Notes: generated by a model not told the origin, from the sequence alone. 53,560 bases of DNA from Girardia tigrina (GCA_001938485.1 MQRK01228290.1:1-53560); one strand, 5' to 3'; counted from the stretch's first letter, positions 37,520 through 51,732 are shown. Numbers and translations: made by a program.

Positions 37520-37650
37520 TATTATTACTTGTATTATTGACGTCACTGATTTTTATGGAACAAGTTAATTAATAAACCTATTATTAATATCACTGTTGAA
37601 TGACTTCTCTCGTTGAATGGGTGGGTGGTGCAAATTGTCCTAAGAAGGAA
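37520..37650 (+). repeat. Dispersed repeat with a diverged second copy at about 39400-39550
   Basis: Shared TATTATTGACGT...ATGGA.CAA...AATAAA..ATTATTAAT..CACTGTTG...TTGAATG...GTGGTGC...AAATTGTC. Confidence 0.55.
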
Positions 37651-37909
37651 TATAATTAATACTGGATTACTCAGGCAGGAAATAGTAACCCAGGGGGCTG
37701 TAAGGGAAGGTGGTTGCGTCAAGATACACTCTGTGATTGGTACTAATTATTTGAGCTAGTCTTAACAAAATAAACTGTTCTGTTTAATATTTATAAAAAC
37801 TACTTCTTAAATAAACCGAGCTGAGCTATATAAGATTAACACCAGTGTTGTTCTTTAAAGACAACATAAAGAAATGACAAGTGTGTTAGGAATTTCGACG
37901 GCACTCTTA

Positions 37910-38025
37910 ACCCGAAATTCAATCGAAAATATGGCTATTCTGAAATAATAATATACAGTTTTCATTAACATGAAAACTTTATATTATTATTTCAGAATAG
38001 CCATATTTTCGATTGAATTTCGGGT
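37910..38025. repeat. Near-perfect palindrome (56-bp arms, 4-nt loop)
   Basis: ACCCGAAATTCAATCG...GTTTTCAT-taac-ATGAAAAC...CGATTGAATTTCGGGT with one mismatch. Confidence 0.93.
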
Positions 38026-38169
38026 CCCGAACTCCTCGTATGCCTCCGAGGATCCGAAATTTTTTAATAATCGTCCATTTCGAAATCATCATCGGAAATA
38101 TTACTGTCAGCGATTTCTTGAAAATCAATCTTGTATCGTAGAAAACCTCTAATACCTCCAAACCCTGGT

Positions 38170-39029
38170 TTCACAGTATATAGACAAGCGTGTGATATGA
38201 GGCGTTAGGACAAAGATGCATCACTTTTATATGACTTGTAGCGATTCCCGTGCAATGATCAATATTATGACTGAAAACCAAATTGGTAGATTCAATAAGT
38301 ACCCGGGCCGACAAAGAAAACGAATTCCAAAACAACACTAACGTATCTTCAAAGAACGCAGTTTCCACTATGATTACTCACGCCTTGTTTCCGGCAAATA
38401 TAATCTGAGTGGGGTTTCATCCTCCGTATTTAAATTTATCTGGAAAGTCTCACCATGCTGGTCCTACAGATTCAAGTTGTTCAGACTGCACTCCAAACGG
38501 TTTCCCATCATTCACAAGTCAAGAAGCCGGGTACGAATATGAAGCGCGGTTTTCTGATATCCATAGTTTTCAATTTGCCGCGAGCTGTACCAACACTGAT
38601 GTTGAGCTTCGTTGACGGCCTTTTCATCGTAATTTGACGCTTTTCTTGCACAATATTCTCCAATTTTTAATCAACTGTCTCGAAAATTTTTGTGGCCGAC
38701 TTGATTTTATTTATCAAAAACGGAGGTGTGATCACCTTTAAACTCTCTGATCCAATATTTAACAGTTGTCAGAAATAGTGAGTCATGTCGATAAGTTTAC
38801 TGCAAAAGATCGTAGATTTCCCTACACATATTCTTCTGCAACACAAAGAACTTGATGACGCTGCGATATTCGATGTCTGAAATCATCGCTCTGACGAAAA
38901 TTCAAAATTTTAATGTGCTTAATAAAATAAATTAAATTCCATATTAATTTATTTTATCGCACCAAAAAAACTAAAATTTGGGATTAGATTTTTTCTACCT
39001 CAGGTCGGGAACTTATTGACCGCACTACA
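38170..39029 (-). mobile_element. Old mariner remnant (5' part)
   Basis: Terminus TA-TGTAGTGCGGTCAATAAGTTCCCGACC; KLENIVQEKRQITMK..STKLNISVGT...FVPGFLT (HTH plus WVP-like linker). Confidence 0.7.
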
Positions 39030-40163
39030 TACGGGGCTATGTTTAAAGAATTTTGTCGAAGTCAGAGATAATTAGACATTTGCAGGGTTCTACCTTGATA
39101 ATCTTTCCTCTCGGTAAACTATTTGTCTTTGATCAAAAGAATCAAGTCTGCAAGATGCTTAGAGATCAAGAATGATCTTCTACAGCCCCGATTGATCCAA
39201 ACATTGACTTATCAAAAATCTGATACAACAGCACAAATAGTCAGTTCGTCAGATGGTAGAAGCAATCAATCTGATAAATTCTGGTTGTTCACGATGTTTT
39301 TAAAAATGGGTTCTGTATCTGGGTCTTGACCGGGTTGCCTTTTTCACAGACATAATCTGTCTTTGATTATTGATTGATGATGTAAATGACTGTTTTTCTA
39401 TTATTAGTGATATTATTGACGTGTACATTTTAATGGACAAATAAGTCAATAAAATTATTATTAATGGCACTGTTGTAGGACTCTTCTCATTGAATGAATA
39501 CGTGGTGCTTGAGAGGAATTATATGACTGTTATAAATTGTCTTAAAAAAGAAAAAGCATGAAAAATTAGACTACAGAATGATACTAAGGTTTGACTTAAT
39601 AACCTATAGATGCTTCAGCACCAAGACGGAGAATTCTTCACCCGAAATTGACGAACAGAAAAGTCATGATTATCTTTGTCTTCACATGTGACGGAAAAGG
39701 TTAATCTGACCTTTTAGGAGCAGTATCAGTGAGATTTTCGTGAATTCATTTGCAGCTTAAGAGAGAAAAGAAAACATGTCGAAAAATTCTTCTTAACCCG
39801 AATGGGGCCACCGTCCTTTTAAAAGAACACTGCTCAAATATTTTTTACATCAATTTGACGACTCAGCAACAGGCGGCATTAGGTGCAATAGTCTTTGTAT
39901 ATATGAGTCATGAGTTTGAACTCATCAGTTTATTTTTTAATGTAGAACAAGTTATTTAGATATAATAAACGAGAATTAATATCAAAAATTCATTTTTTCT
40001 AAAGGAAATAGTTTCGGCCCCATTAGGGTTAATTGTGTCAGCTTTGGCTGCAGCATCGCAATGCATTGCTACTACAAGTTAAAGACTTAAAGAAATGCAA
40101 TAGGGCGCGATGTTAAAAGAAATGAAAATGACTATGCGACAAAAGATTTTCAGTTCTTCTCAG

Positions 40164-40265
40164 CTACCGTTTTACCTCGAAAAAAACGTCTAGGTGTTGT
40201 GTTCGAATAGTACACATACTGGGCACACAATTCGAATAAAGCACTCAGGGCGTAATATTCGAGAG
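40164..40265. mobile_element. Short foldback MITE remnant (Tc1/pogo-like)
   Basis: TA-CCGTTTTACCTCGAA...GGGCGTAATATTCGAG imperfect palindrome. Confidence 0.45.
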
Positions 40266-41270
40266 AAGTTCAAATATTTATCAAAAAATATTTTTGTAGA
40301 ATAAATCATTAAAAATAATTTTTTACAATTAATTTTAATAAAAACATATTTAATGAATTTAAAATTTGGTTCAAAAATCTGAGAAAAATTCCTAAGAATT
40401 GTACGAAATATAGTAATTAAGATACTGGGCTATGTACAAGCCACACCACACAAAAAACGTTTTTTAACTATGGCAATTGACTTTATTGTTTGTTAGAAAA
40501 TAAAATTAAATTGTCGTAAATATTTGTCATTTATTCGAGGATCTTATGTAAATCCATCTGGATAATAGTAAATGATGACGGAAATATAATTCATTTCATA
40601 TAAATTGACACTTTTTGGTTTTCAATCGTAAGAAAATGTTGATGTCATATAATTTTAAATTGGTGGAAAATGAAGGTTGTTTTTAAAAAGAACGTACATT
40701 TTTCCCTGAAGTGAATCTACAGATGAGAATGTGCATTATCCTTGATTAGTCTCACGTTATAAAAACGAATTGGATTAATGTCCCGAAATATAAATCTTTC
40801 CATGCGTCACTTAATTATTAATTAATTTATTCTATTCATCGATTAATTTATTCTAAATTTATAATTTCATATGATGGCAAAATCTCATCCGGTAAGATAT
40901 TTTAAAACATATAAACGTTTTTTACTTAGTTGATCTTCTTGGGGTTTGAATAATATTTTAGTCTTGACCTAATGTAATCTAACATGCTTGTTCTGAGGCT
41001 TGAATGACATATTCTGGGAGACGAAACATCTAACAAATCATGGCATCTTTCTATGTGGACTGTTCTAATAATGCTTGGCTAAATATGAGGGACCCATTTT
41101 GGTGGTTTTCACTGTACATATCAGCAATTTTTTTGTTTGAAATATAATATAAATATTTAAGTATAAACAACATATGTTTATTGTTAAAACTTGTATATAC
41201 AATTTGGATATATTCAACACTATTGCTAATTTAAGTGACGTTGTTTTCATTCAAAATGTTACAAAATGTT

Positions 41271-41400
41271 TGTGAGGAATATTTTAAATTTGGTATGTTG
41301 AATTTTGTATGTTGAGTTTAGTATTTGGAAATGTGTTTCTCCCACCCAGGTGGAAAATTGATATTTTGGATGTTCACGATAAATAATTATTCGAGTATAA
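41271..41400 (+). mobile_element. LTR fragment (TGTGAGGAAT family)
   Basis: Similar to 17381 and 4473. Confidence 0.55.
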
Positions 41401-41850
41401 TTTATATAATTTAAATTTTAATTTATATTTTAAAGTACAGCATAAGATATTTAAAAAACTTTTAAAATATTAAATCGTTTCAAATTTTCATATTAAAAAT
41501 TTAAAGAGAGTAAATAGTTTTAACTAAGTTTTAAATTAAATAAATGTTCGTTCTTTACATACAATCATTTTTTAAATAAAATTAATATCTAGATAAAATT
41601 ATTACTAAAATTACAAAATTAGAACTTTAAAAATAAAATCTAAAAATAATAAAAAATTTGTTCGAATAATTGTTTATTAAAAAACATTAACTAAAATTTA
41701 TCAATTTAGAACGATGTCGAATTACGAAAGTTTTGTTGAGAATTGTACAAAAGACAATTCTAATTGTTTTGAAAATAAAAGTTCGAAAAACCATGTTGGT
41801 GTTCTTAATAATGTTATTACCAGATTAAGGCGTTATGTTGTGTATATATA

Positions 41851-43120
41851 GTTAGACTGTCCGAAAAGTTCTTAGCCTAACACAGATATGGCGCTATAAA
41901 CTGCAAAAAAGATAAGTGTGTTAGAAAATCATAAGAACACATGTTAAATTTCATTATGATGTGCCATTTCTTTCTTTGTTTAAAAGCCATTTAAAATTGA
42001 CTTGACATTGTTTTTTTAGTAATGAATAAATTCAAGAATCTGGCCGTAATTGAATATTTATTTATGAAAGAAGAAGAAATTCAAACTGATGTGGTGAATG
42101 TGTTATGTGAAAGTGCTTCTTCGTATGCCACAGTAAAATTTGAATTTTGGAATTTAAACGTGGTCTTAAAAGCAATAAAGAAGAACCGTGTAGTGGACGT
42201 TCAAAAACTGCAACAACTCTAGAAATCGTTCGTGTAGTACATGATATGGGGTTAGATGATCGACGTTCAAAGTACGCGAAATAGCTGATGTCATGGACAT
42301 CTCAAAAGATCGAGTTGGATATATTTTGCATGAGGCATTACACATGAAAAGGCTTTGTGTAAGATGGGTGCTCCATTTGTTAACGATTGATCAAAAACGC
42401 TTTCTAATGAAAAATTCTCAATCTTATTTGGGTCGTTTTAGACAAAATAAAGTGGATTTTAAACGTCGTTTCATAACTGTTGATGAAACATGGATCCACC
42501 ATTATACTCGAGAAACAGAACAACAGTCAAACAAAGGATTGATTCTCCATCCATTGGTAGAAGTTCATCAAAGAAGGTTAAAACAGTTCATTCAGCCGAG
42601 AAGGTTATGACAACAATTTTTTGGGATTACAAAGAAGTTTTATTGATCGATTATCTTGAGAAAAGTAAAATAGTGAACTCAGAATATTATTCAAGACTTT
42701 TGGATCAACTTTATGCATGAAATCGTGAGAAGAGACATGGTTTGGTGAAGAAAAAAATCATTTTTCATCAAGACGATACACCTGTTCATAAAAGTGGTTT
42801 GTCGATGGCTAAATTGAATGAATTGAAGTACGAATTGCTTGATCATCCATCGTATTCACCAGATTTGGCTCCCAGTGACTATTATTTGTTTTCTAACCTA
42901 AAAAAGTTCCTTTTGGAAAGCGTTTCACATCAGCTGATGAAGCTATTGCAGTTGTAAACGGTTATTTTTCTGAGCTCAAGGAAAATCATTTTAATCAACC
43001 GATAGAATTGTTAGAAAAACGTGGAATAAATGTATTAATGTTTTGGGAGATTATATTCAAAAATAAATATATCTTTTTTAAAATTTAACTTTTGTTTGTC
43101 ATTGTTAGGCTAAGAACTTT
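41851..43120 (+). mobile_element. mariner element, transposase pseudogene 42022-43065
   Basis: Inverted ends AAAGTTCTTAGCCTAACA / TGTTAGGCTAAGAACTTT; RWVLHLLT, ITVDETWIHHY, HQDDTPVH, HPSYSPDLAPSDY. Confidence 0.92.
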
Positions 43121-45179
43121 GCAAAATGGAAATGATGAATATATACGATTTATGAAAATTTGCCTGAATCTTAGTACATTGCTCGAATACATCCGCATGC
43201 ATATACATAAAACATGTGATTCTGATTGATGAGTACCCAACTTTTCGAGCTTGTTCGTAAACAATTATATTTTTTAATAATACATTCAAAAGAGCCCCAT
43301 TGTATAACAATAGATGTATATCTAATTTGCCATTTTTATCTTTAAATTTTTTGTCAGCCCTTGGTTTATTAACTCTGGATTTTTTATATTCAAATTTAGT
43401 GTCAGAAATATGATTCATTCTGAATATTGTGACATTGTTTCTCAATACCAAACTACCGAATTCAACATACTTTTTGGTATCGTCAACACCTTTGGCATCG
43501 GCCTTTTAAAAAGGAATTTTTATATTTTTTGCACAAAAACTTTATTTATATTTTGCAAACTTTCAAAAGAATTTTTAAACAATGCGGTCGCATTTTTTTC
43601 AACTGAGCGAAATTTGAAAAAAAAAACATTAAGGTACTCATTTTTATTTGTTTAAACAAAATCAGGATTCTTTTGAAAACAATAAATAACAGCACTCACT
43701 CACATTAAGTTGATTGAAAGATGTAAATAATTTGAAGAAAGCACATACAAAACAAACACAATATGACATGATTTTCGCACTCATCATTTCACTGTACATC
43801 AGTTAGCATCGCATACCATAATATTGTTTAAAGAAGTTTTTACACTCGATGGATTTAAATGTATTTATGATCATTCTCGAAAGCGATTTGAATTCTATAA
43901 AAACTGGTTAAAGAAGACTAAGAAATTAACAGCCTTTTAAAGATACTCCTATGTTAATAATTTAGATATTCCACAACCTTTGGAAGAAAGCTCTTTAAAA
44001 TTTTAATGTTTCAAATGTAGCTGTATCTTGTCAAAATATTTAGTAATTAAATAACTGAACATTGTGTGAGTATCAGCAATACATTGACTTCTTCTGGCAT
44101 CGGTGTATTTATTGTTACCAGGCATATCATATAACATTCTCGAAATAATAATATAGGACGTCTAACAGTTTTTAATAATGTTTGGTCAATCTAAAACCAA
44201 TTCTTATTTCTGAAATCCTCCTTTTCAACGAACATTGATCATTTTTGTCACTTTACTCAATTATCTTTCAATTTCACTAAGTAATTATTGAAATAATAAA
44301 ATTATTTGTTTAGCGATCTCATAAATGTCAAACATTTAACAAAGATGACATTCTCAAACTAAAACAATTGTATAAAGTTTTCAGCTTTTTTTGCTTCAAG
44401 ACTCAATATGTTTTTATAACAGACAATTTTTGTACACTTTTAATTTTTTTCCAATCTTTCATGATTTTTATGATTACTAAGGCACTTGAGGCCAAAATCT
44501 AAAGATTTTATTAAACTTTTAAAAATTTCAATTTCTCAAAAATTTCGCTACCATAAAATATATCACAAAAGTTGTGTTTCACTTTTGATAATTTCTTTAT
44601 GATGGTTTTTAGAGAAAAGATTCTAATTTATTGTGAAACAAGATATTTCAATTCTTATCTTTCTTATTTTCGAAAATTTTTATTATTTCATTATTTTCTC
44701 GAATTTTAAGTCTTATATCCTAAAGATAGACCTGAGAATTCTTTAGATTTTTGAGAACTTCTGAATTCTAAAATAAATTTTTAATAACCAGAAATTACAT
44801 CTCAGAAATGACAACTTAGCACTGAAGAATTAGAGATTATCAAGTATATTCAAAGATACTTATAGTAACGATATTTCAGTGAAAAACGTTTCTTGAATAA
44901 TGAGTAGGATTCATTATTTTTCTTGTTTCTCCACTTGTTCAATTCATTTGTTTTTTAATGGAATTTTGGAGCTGTATTCTGAAGAGAACAAACATGATTA
45001 ATAAGCTTTAAATGTTTGACATAGCTTATCTAAGATCTTCATTGGGTCTTCTATAGTTACTAGTGGTTTTTTTCTTTTGAAAAATAATTTTGAAAATGTT
45101 CATGAGTTGAAGAAGAAACATTTTAGATCTTAACAACTTCCTGAGAAACAAACCTAGTACTTCAAACGAATTTCAAACG

Positions 45180-45870
45180 ATTATTGTTCACGCATAAATA
45201 AATTTTAATTCAAGCAACAACCGACGAGGAATTTACAAAGGCCGTTCTCCACCTCAATGACCAAAACAAACAAGACTTAGTCGCCAGGTATTTCAAAACT
45301 TACAGTTTGGGAAACACACTACCCTCAGAGTACCTTCGAAAGGCAAAACTCGAACAAACATGATTGAATGCTACTTTCGCGACTAATGATGACATTTTAA
45401 GGCAAGTATTTATCCAGAGTTTACCATCCAATCTACAGCTCCTTCTTTCTAGTGTACCCGCATCAGTCTCTTTATATGATATCGCAGTCACACGGATAAA
45501 TCCATTGATGTTATTCAACAAAATCAGGTTCGTCCAGTTGTTACCGCGGTTATCACCCCAGTACAGCAGAAAATAAATGTACTCAAGAGTTCCACATAGT
45601 CCATATTAGACTCTATCGTGTCCTTAACGCGCACAATAAGATATATTACCACGAGAAATTGACATTCACCTTACCGGAGTTCATCCACTTCACCAACCCA
45701 TTAAAGATCAAAATACAATTCATTGCCCACGTGTTATATCACAAATTCAATAAACATGCCAAATACTGTTACTTTGGGTTAAATTTTTTTAATCCTGATT
45801 TTAAGTTCAACATATGCGTATATCACGCCCAATTCTGTGAAAGTGCATGAAAATACGTCCAAGGTTGAAA
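45180..45870 (+). mobile_element. Gypsy gag remnant
   Basis: LGNTLPSEYLRK...DDILRQVFIQSLPSNLQLLL and repeated (C).YH..F...A..C knuckles. Confidence 0.75.
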
Positions 45871-48800
45871 ATGGAATTTGTAAAAAATTGTTTGAATAGA
45901 TTGTACAAAATCACACATAAAAATTTTTGCAGAATTTCGATTTTTGATTTGTTCAGACATGATTGAGTTGAATAATCGAATAAATGTATTCTTTGCGACC
46001 TTTGCAACAGTTTTGGCAATCCTGACATTCGCGACAGTTTTTGATTCGTTTTTTATAATGCGCCAGAGTGAGTCCAAAGTCGGTATCGATCGATTAATAT
46101 TCACCGAAACAACGGATTTGTCGATCGTGGATATTTTGTGTGATCTGTTTTTTATAACTGCGATATTGCCAGTCGATTTAACTTGATTTCAGATGCTTGA
46201 CGCCGATCTGCCTTTTACTGAATTATTTCCTGAAGTTCGGAGTGAAATACGGGGAATCGGTCGTTCGAATTCTGATAAGATTTTTCCACCGGCATGTATT
46301 TTTGTTCAGAATACCGGACGAATGAATGTGTCGTCAACCTGCGGTTATAAAGACGTTTATCATTATGTCAATAACAATTTATTGACTCAAATCCAGCGTT
46401 TCAGTTGAGTACCCAATCATCACAATACCAAATCCGCTGCCTCCGTACTTCCTAGTGCGCAACTTAAAGCCACCGATATTTAAGAAAAATGTGAGTTTCA
46501 AGATGCTATTAGAAGCATCCAAATGTTCGAAAGCTTTGACAAAGACGGTCCTGAGGAAAATCAAACATATAATACTAACAAGAATATGGATAGTCCTAAT
46601 GCTGTTAATAATATTAAAATATCAGGATATTTTGTAAGAAATAAAGATAAGATTTAGAATAATAATTAATAATTGGAAGACATAAAATCAAATACTTAGT
46701 GAGTTGGTTACTAGTATTATTTTAATTTTATTGATTTTTAAAATTAACATTACGGTTTTATTCAATCATTAAATCAATTTTATTATCATATTGGGTTGCT
46801 TTAGGTTAAATAATAATATTTATTTCTTTATGTGTACAGTGCAAACATTCGATAGATCTCCGAATAAAATCCAATCGAATTTGTACTATTTTGATATTTT
46901 ATTTTATGTGATCATCATGTATATAAGTCATAATGTCCCACGATCGATGCTTTACAAACGATGAGTTAAAATCATAAATTGTTAATTTCCCCTTGTAGTC
47001 ACGTGACCCACTAGTGGGTTATAATGTCATGAATTTATTAAAAATAGGATGTGTTTCATTGCCTCGATTCAAGGCATCCGAAAAGTTAATCCAGCATCGC
47101 CACTTCAAATAAATTATAACAAAGAATGTTTATCTTTTGGTCATTTTTTATAAATCAACTGACTAAAACTAAAACGAAGATAAACATTAAAAACTTAAAT
47201 TCTTACTTCAGCCTAAAAATTGACTGATATTATGATAAACAGATTAAATAGCATTACAATGCCAAAGAATTTCCCCAAAATTAAACAATAATCGACAATT
47301 GCAAACCCTATGGTATTAGAATCATTCAAGAATTATATAAAATATTTGATAAACAGTATTCCTATGAACATCTTCTAAGATAAATATTCTTTGTCATAAT
47401 TATTTGAAGTGACAATGCTTGATTAACTTTTTGATTCTACCAATATTTCTTCTTTCTAAATATCTTTAAAATGTATAACGTAACTAAATTTATTCGATTC
47501 ATAACAAAGTCGTTAATAATCTTTAAATCTTAAGTATTGATAACTTATCGCAATATCTAATTTAATAAAAAAACTGACAAATGCTAGAAAATGTGTAAAT
47601 ATCGTTATCAAATTATTTAAGAATAATTATTAATCAACATTTTATAAGTATTTTTTTAGACTTCACTTCAAATTTAAAAATAATTCACCAATTTTGTCAA
47701 AACATTTCAGAATTAATTTTTTAATTGTAATTTATTTTCTTTTTCAAATAAATATTTTTTTTACAAAAAATTGTCTTTGTCAAATTTAATTAAATTTGTT
47801 TAAATTAATTAGTTATAAAATTTGAAATTTCGATTTTACATTTTGAGAAACACATGGCTGACAAAAAATTGAATTTACGATTCGCTAAGAAATGATGATG
47901 ATATTTATTTGATCGTTGTTCATAATTGTGTCATTGTAGAATGTCATTCAATCGTGGCAATAAATGAGAGCGAATCAAGTAGAAATAGAGCCATTGTAAT
48001 CTTGATTGAGTGTGATAATGATTGAGAAAGTGATTGAGAAATGAATGAGAAAATGGAATTAAAATTAAAACAGTAATGAGATTTATCTTAAGTTAGACTT
48101 CATAAAGTACGACAATTAATAAATCGATTAAAATGAAAATGATCGAAAAATTGTGATTAATAAATGCAATTGTTTGCTTTTCTATTTAATAAGAAAAGGA
48201 ATCTATTTTTATTCAATTAAATTAGTAATTTTTTTGAATTGTTTGTGTGAATCAAAATAAAATGGGTTGATTGTAATCGATATGTAAGTGGTTAATCGAG
48301 TGACAAATAATTATCGTATTGCTTTCATCGACTGCGAAAAAATCAGTTTATCGCTTCTAGCTTCATAGCTATGATCAAAAGTGTAAGAACTGTTCTTCTC
48401 AGTTTAATCTCTGGGACAAAGCTCATTGAGCTTCATTCGAGATTAAATTGATTTTTGAAAAACGACAGACGCTTCATGGCTTGCCTAGCTCTGTCAAGGT
48501 TGACCTTACATTGCATTACAGTTTGGTCGGCCGATTTTGAATTGGAAATTAATTTAAATTATTAAATCTTCAAGCAACGTAATAATTATTTTAAAATGCT
48601 CTTTAATTTCTCTGAAATATAAATATTTATATGAGTGTTGTTTAAATGTACTATTTAATTAATTATTTGAAGCGGTTATTTAAGAAACCGAATTTTAATG
48701 GTCAATTTATCACGAAATTTAAGTCTTTAAATTGAGTGTAATTATTCGTAGGATAACGATTTGTTCTGATTACTGTGATTATTATAAATGATTTGCGAAA

Positions 48801-49499
48801 TAAGCGATTGAAAAAGACAATAAAAACTAGAAATACGATTTGTAATGTAAAAATAAATAAATTGATTTGTTTCTACCATAGTTCTATGAGCTCTCATCCT
48901 CATGCAATATTGTCGGAATGTTTAATTCCCATAACAATACGTGAATCATTTAAATAAATAACATCTCAGTGATTATTTTTTTTGGCAAAAAACGAATTTA
49001 TGATACATTTGTTCGCTATTAGAGATACAGTATAGACATTTATAAATGATGTCCGTATGATTTATTCATTTTTATTTCGTTTCATATTTATCAATGGAAA
49101 TATTTCTATTAATTATGTTGTGATTATTAATTAATTTTTCATTGATTATTTTATGAGTGTTGTTTAATTCACTTTAATATATTTAAAATAGTAAATTCTA
49201 TTGGTCAAATAGATTGTCATTGAATTTTAATTAACAAAATCAATTTCTTTTTTTGAATATTATAGTCATGTTTTATGCTTATTTTTTGAGATTGTTTAGA
49301 CGATATGGATTATATATTTGGTTGCTGCGTGTATTATTGATCTATTTTAAAAATTTAATTTTCGAAAAAATGATTGATTATTATAACTTAATAAAATTTG
49401 AAATTTTAATAATTGATCAAAATTTTTTCATGAATATTTCATTAATAAATGAATTAAAAAATAATGGCATTTATATTTTTTATTAGAAACTGAAAACCA

Positions 49500-50372
49500 C
49501 TTTTCAAAATTTATTTTTGTAATTAATTTGGGCGGGTTACTCGTCATCTTCAGATTAAATTAACACTGGCTTTGCAGCTCAGATATGAAGAGGTGATTAT
49601 GTAATCGATTGTGTCATAAATGCTCTATTTGAAAATGATTAACAGATAAGTTGAGTGTAAAGCTTGAATATTAATTTATGGATCTTATTAATAAGGCCTT
49701 ACACGTTACTTTCTCCCAGTAATTTTTAAATCGATTGCACAGAATTTGCAAATCATTTTCTCCGATTTTCTTTTTACATTTTAAGTTATGTTCGGCAATA
49801 TTGCTCCCATTATCCAACCGACTATGCTATTTGATCCGTTTGCAGAGATGACGAGATGTCTCTCCAATGTATGTGGTGTTACACCCATTACATGTATATT
49901 TATAAACAAGATCATTGCACAAACCGAGAGGTGTGGGAGATTTATTACTGAAAATATCACGATTTTTATATAGTTATGAGATAATTTTTAGATTCATGGT
50001 ATTCGGAATCAAACTTTTCAAAATTGATGATTTTAAATGTTTAAAGCCCTCTGAATAAGGAATCGATAAGGTACCTTGATTCAAGTGGCTTATGATTTGT
50101 ATTAGGGGAAATGGTTTGATGAATCGTATTATTAAGATTTTTATTATTACTATTTGACTCATTTAATATTTTATCTAAAGTTTGATGAGTTAATGTTTCG
50201 ATAAATGATTTCGACCATCCATTCTTATTTAATAAGCTTGTTAATTTATTTAAACTTTCATGGGTATTTAAATATGTTGATGAAAGAGAGCAAGAACGAT
50301 ATATTAAACATTTAATCATGTTGCTTTTGTACTTAGTTTCACAGAAACTACCCGGAGTTGTGTACAACCCCT
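49500..50372 (-). mobile_element. Penelope-like element, 5'-truncated (RT end plus GIY-YIG)
   Basis: GLYTTPGSFCETKYK..IKCLIYRS; IPYSEGF; DLVYKYTCNGCNTTYIGETSRHLCKR; related to the copy at 1629-3690. Confidence 0.9.
49517..49558 (-). ncRNA. Degenerate hammerhead motif at a PLE 3' end
   Basis: CTGAAGA-T-gacgag taa cccgcc-CAAA-TTAA-TT; G12 mutated, at the expected position downstream of GIY-YIG. Confidence 0.45.
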
Positions 50373-50381
50373 TGTACAACA

Positions 50382-51732
50382 TTTGAGCTCCTCCCGCAGC
50401 TGACTGACGAGCTTTCAAAGAAAATTTTCAATGGGTACGTCGAGGTACTCACCTAGATATCAAAGCTGCTCCTTGTGAACGGCCGTTCAGACGGTCTTTG
50501 CGGCTTGTTGGACGATCTTGCGTCTCTTCAGAACATCCTGGACGCCCAACGCGACATCCTTGCGTCGTGTATCAAGCGACCTGCTGGGGCTGCGGAGGAG
50601 GGCTCTAAAAGGACCGGTGATTCTGATCCATTACTTCATAATATCTGATATGTGATCCGGGAGCCCCTTGTAACGTCTCCTTCCAAACATCTCATTTCTT
50701 CTCCTCATCTTAGCGGTCCGAGGGATAGTGCGGATATCCCAAAGTCATGGGGTGAGATTGCAAACACCTTGAAGGTCAATTATACATCTAAGCCTGCTGC
50801 CCTCTCACCTCAGGACCAAGGCAATCCTAATTCTCGCGTCTCCAACAGTGGACCTCAGGGTCCTTCTGATGGGACGTCTAAATCAAAAGGATTGACAACA
50901 AAAGGCCCGAAAGGACCATTTGCTGGGTTATCAACCGACTTTTTCATCCGCAGGTGTGCGTTCTCTAAGCAAGGACGACATCTCTTCCTAGCAGTCCTCA
51001 ATTACTGTAGATACCATGGATCGCGACCCTTTGATCTTACTGGCTTCTGCCGATCATAATACGCTGATTACTTTGAGGACTTGGATCTCCCTAGGAACAC
51101 TAAGAACATAAAATCATTCACATGCACAGTGTTCCCAAACATATCAAAGACGAAACTCAATAAGGATATCCGCTCGTTCTTTAAGCTTATTTCATCTGGA
51201 GAGTTTCGACTTTGGCATCCTCGACAGGTTCCACCCACCCAACCGAGTCGCGCAAACAAAGTTGACCCTCCAAAGGAGTCTGAGGCTGAGGCCGCCCATT
51301 CTGCTCCAACTTTGGGTGCTGGTTCTCCACCTGGAGTTCTAGCACACCAATCCCTGACATCCGCATCGAAAGGGAATAAGGATTTCCTTCCTGTGATAAA
51401 AAAGAATAAGATTCGTTCTTCTAGCAAAGATCTTGTTAAGCCTGTTTCCGAGACATTTTCCAAGCCTAGCGTGTCTCGTCAAAACTCCGGGGCTAGTTTT
51501 GGTGTTCCTCTATCCTTGGCTTCGTATCTCGAAAAACTTGGTGCCCCCCTAATTCTCATCTACTATTTTGTGATTTGTTTCAATGGCTACGATTTCAATG
51601 AAACAGGTTGATAATCCAGACAGTATTTGGGTTATTTTTGAGAAGGATGCTCTAGTATCTCAACATTGTGTGTATCTAGTTGAAGGACTAGGAACTTTGA
51701 GATGGGAGGTGGCGAAGCAGGTCGACAGGGCA
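50382..51732 (+). pseudogene. Long decayed ORF of unknown family (about 450 codons)
   Basis: 50382-51611 is one frame with only three internal stops (it joins track ORFs 50652 and 51081), then a frameshift into 51583-51732; GC-richer than its flanks; no introns evident. Confidence 0.6.

Noticed and set aside
46985-47025. piggyBac-like terminus with the palindrome ACCCACTAGTGGGT
   Set aside because: No adjacent TTAA in register, no partner end and no transposase.
48420-48560. Possible minus-strand terminal exon (…VNLDRARQAMKRLSFFKNQFNLE*)
   Set aside because: No convincing in-frame acceptor or recognisable homology.
50500-50535. Minus-strand CTGAAGA plus a GACG/CGTC stem resembling a hammerhead
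   Set aside because: It is followed by CAAC rather than GAAA, lacks stems I and III, and lies inside coding-like DNA.
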